DNA of 64,000 bases from Oscillospiraceae bacterium (GTDB lineage Bacteria > Bacillota > Clostridia > Oscillospirales > Acutalibacteraceae), in contig WQWM01000005.1 of the NCBI GenBank assembly GCA_009785335.1, forward strand, positions 24,597 to 88,596. Reading direction: 5' to 3'. The position numbers and the translations under genes were made by a program. The notes under the pieces were generated by a model. That model was not told where the DNA came from. It saw nothing but the letters and a program-made list of their open reading frames with translations, and did no database searches. Positions within the stretch are counted from its first letter, which is position 1. Each line of letters opens with the position of its first letter. Positions 61,805-64,000 of the stretch are shown here, one piece after another.

Positions 61805-62494
61805 ATGAAAAAACTAGTGGCTGTGCTGCTGGTGGTTGTGCTGCTGGCGGGCATGGTTGCAGTGCCTGCGTTTGCGCAAGAAGCGGATGCACAATACGGC
61901 TGGCCCAGTGATGTTGAACTGCATATATCGATGAACACGGGTGGTTTTGTTTCCATCCGTTGGCCACGTTTTACAGAAACGACGATTGACGGCGTTGGTC
62001 AACAAAACGGCCTGTTTCGGCAGTTACAACAAGGACTCGCGGCAGACATTTATCCCCAGCAGCCGTTGTTGTGGGAAGTGATTGCAGATGGGCAAATTCT
62101 AACGGCTTGCACAGAGATAGGTTCAAACGAACAGTTGCCCTGGCGCGTTAGGCATGGTCCACAGGCGCACCGCGATTTTTTAGACATTCAGCGGTTCACT
62201 GCGCGTGGGGAACGCCCTTGGAGTGGCGAATTAGAAGTCCGCTTGACGGTGACTGCGCGTTGCACCAACAGCGGTGAGATCGTATCGCGCACGGGTAGTA
62301 TTACGACGGAGTTTCGAGCCAACCCCGGACCACCCACGCAATGGGATTTGTTCGTTTATGGTTTTCGGCGTTTTTTTTTGGGAACGATCTGGTCTTTATT
62401 ACGTGGCGCAGGTTTTTTGCTAATCGGGGTTTATTATTTTTTGTTTGTTCTGCCGATTTTGATTTTGCGTTGGTTATTTCATCACATCACGTAG
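61805..62494 (+). CDS. secreted protein with C-terminal TM (229 aa)
   Basis: Signal peptide MKKLVAVLLVVVLLAGMVAVPAFA; C-terminal GFLLIGVYYFLFVLPILILRW. Confidence 0.55.
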   Translation: MKKLVAVLLVVVLLAGMVAVPAFAQEADAQYGWPSDVELHISMNTGGFVSIRWPRFTETTIDGVGQQNGLFRQLQQGLAADIYPQQPLLWEVIADGQILTACTEIGSNEQLPWRVRHGPQAHRDFLDIQRFTARGERPWSGELEVRLTVTARCTNSGEIVSRTGSITTEFRANPGPPTQWDLFVYGFRRFFLGTIWSLLRGAGFLLIGVYYFLFVLPILILRWLFHHIT

Positions 62495-62537
62495 AAAGAA
62501 TTTGTGACTATAATATAAATGATAAAGGAGAATTCTC

Positions 62538-62780
62538 ATGAAAAAATGTCTTAGCATTTTGTTGGTGTTTGCGCTGCTGTTTGGCGTGGGTGCGGTGAGT
62601 GCATCGGCGGTGCAGCCTGCTCAATTGCAGTGCGCCAACGCAGAACCCTACAACACAACCATTGACCGCCCCGAAGACCCGGACACGTTTAACTGGTTGC
62701 GCGTGATTCTCATCACTGTGTTGGCTGTGGTCGTTGTGGCTGTTGCGGGGTTTGGCCTTTGGTATTTCCTGGCTGACTAA
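62538..62780 (+). CDS. small secreted, C-terminally anchored protein (80 aa)
   Basis: MKKCLSILLVFALLFGVGAVSASA; FNWLRVILITVLAVVVVAVAGFGLWYF; terminator follows. Confidence 0.6.
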   Translation: MKKCLSILLVFALLFGVGAVSASAVQPAQLQCANAEPYNTTIDRPEDPDTFNWLRVILITVLAVVVVAVAGFGLWYFLAD

Positions 62781-62794
62781 GAAATAAACAGCTT

Positions 62795-62826
62795 CCCCCT
62801 CTCGCTTGAGAGGGGATTTTTTTATT
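62795..62826 (+). terminator. intrinsic terminator after 62538 ORF
   Basis: CCCCTCTC-GCTT-GAGAGGGG plus T7. Confidence 0.75.
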
Positions 62827-62931
62827 TCCGCAACTGTTAGTTGCGCAATTGCTACCCAAAGATGCTAGATTCGCTCGCTTGATTTTGCTATACTGTTAAC
62901 AATCTATAAAGAAAGCAAAAGGAGCGTTTTC

Positions 62932-64000
62932 ATGAAAAAATTTCTTAGCATCTTGTTGGTTTGTGCATTGCTGCTTGGCGGCAGCACAATTGCAACTGCG
63001 GCAGTGAGCCCCGAAGCTCATGACCACATCCTCAGTGAGCTGGCACGTGCGCGCATTCCGAATGCCGCTGTTGCTGTTATTCAGGGCGGCGAATTGTCGT
63101 ACATCCTCCATGGCGATACACAGCACGACACGCTGTTTCAAATCGGCTCGATTGCGAAGAGCATGACGGGCTTTGGTGTGTTGCTGCTGGAGGACATGGG
63201 ACTGTTGACGGTGTATGATTCGGTCAGTCAGCACTTGCCATGGTTTAACGTACGCTACAATGGTGCACCGGTAGATTTGACCATCTACAACCTTTTGCAC
63301 CACACAAGCGGGTTCACCAGCGACGAACGACGTTTTCCGACGGTTGTAGTGGAGACAAAAGATGCGATGATCGCGCAGTTGGATGGCATTGAGCTTGCAT
63401 TTTATCCTTCATCAGATTTCACCTACGGCAACGTGAACTATATTCTGCTGGGCTTTATCATTGAATCGGTGAGCGGGCAAACTTATGACCAGTTCATGAC
63501 GCAAGAGGTGTTTCATCCGCTGGGCTTGTATAACACGTTCACCAACGCGGTTAACGCACATGCCACAGGCAGAGTGGCGGGCGGCCATCGGCTTGGGTTT
63601 TTGCGCGCAAGGCCTTTCGACGCGGCTTTTCCAGCCCTAACCATGCCAACAGGCGGCATATATGCTAGCATCGCTGACATGGCACGCTGGACAGGCATTC
63701 ACTTTGGCACCATTGCGGTGTCGGAACAGTTCCAGCGGGTCGTGCAACGTTCGCACATCCATCATCATGTGACAGATGCGCCATTTGAAGGGCATGAAGA
63801 TCCTTGGGGTGCTATCATTCATTATGGTGCAGGCTGGTTTTCTTATGAGTCTGGAAGCCCATCTGCAAACATCGGGCATGCTGGTAGCACATTTGCGTAT
63901 TCCTCTGACTTGATGATGTTCCCAGACCGCGACATGGCTGTGGTGGTTCTTGCCAATTTGAGAACAAATCTGCCTTGGGCACCGATGGTTGCAGATGCCT
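62932..64000 (+). CDS. serine hydrolase, beta-lactamase/PBP-like (3' end outside window)
   Basis: Not in ORF track (no stop in window); ATG after AAAAGGAG SD; MKKFLSILLVCALLLGG signal peptide; SxxK (SIAK), YGN. Confidence 0.75.
   Translation, partial: MKKFLSILLVCALLLGGSTIATAAVSPEAHDHILSELARARIPNAAVAVIQGGELSYILHGDTQHDTLFQIGSIAKSMTGFGVLLLEDMGLLTVYDSVSQHLPWFNVRYNGAPVDLTIYNLLHHTSGFTSDERRFPTVVVETKDAMIAQLDGIELAFYPSSDFTYGNVNYILLGFIIESVSGQTYDQFMTQEVFHPLGLYNTFTNAVNAHATGRVAGGHRLGFLRARPFDAAFPALTMPTGGIYASIADMARWTGIHFGTIAVSEQFQRVVQRSHIHHHVTDAPFEGHEDPWGAIIHYGAGWFSYESGSPSANIGHAGSTFAYSSDLMMFPDRDMAVVVLANLRTNLPWAPMVADA

Overview
64-kb chromosomal segment from a moderately GC-rich, Gram-positive-type bacterium. 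A Clostridia-like origin is an inference from AGGAGG-type Shine-Dalgarno sites, TTGACA-17-TATAAT/TATACT promoters and gene content. About 75 protein-coding genes are supported. Housekeeping genes: argG, rpmB, dnaX-ybaB-recR, dnaN, ftsE/ftsX plus an M23 peptidase, prmA, feoB. There are also many secreted or membrane-anchored proteins. Accessory material: (1) a RelE/ParE toxin-antitoxin pair and a type II m5C restriction-modification pair, both visibly more AT-rich, bracketing dnaN; (2) a TraX-CPBP-TraX membrane-enzyme operon next to a tandem array of six 50-61-aa two-helix mini-proteins, five of them below the ORF-track cut-off; (3) three promoter-bearing cassettes encoding signal-peptide proteins (Cys-rich or acidic-repeat) with 34-aa partner peptides ending in LTCIFC; (4) a collagen-like/tail-fibre-like gene trio; (5) three RAYT (REP-associated tyrosine transposase) genes. 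The dominant global property is that almost all intergenic DNA is a mosaic of at least eight families of short palindromic repeats (REP hairpins CGGGCGG-N7-9-CCGCCCCTACA and others). Several copies lie in frame inside dnaX, feoB, a P-loop kinase gene and the RAYT genes themselves. No rRNA, tRNA or CRISPR array was recognised. Coordinates not anchored on the supplied ORF track (repeats, promoters, terminators, sub-60-aa ORFs) were hand-counted and may be off by 1-2 nt. G+C statements are by eye, not computed.
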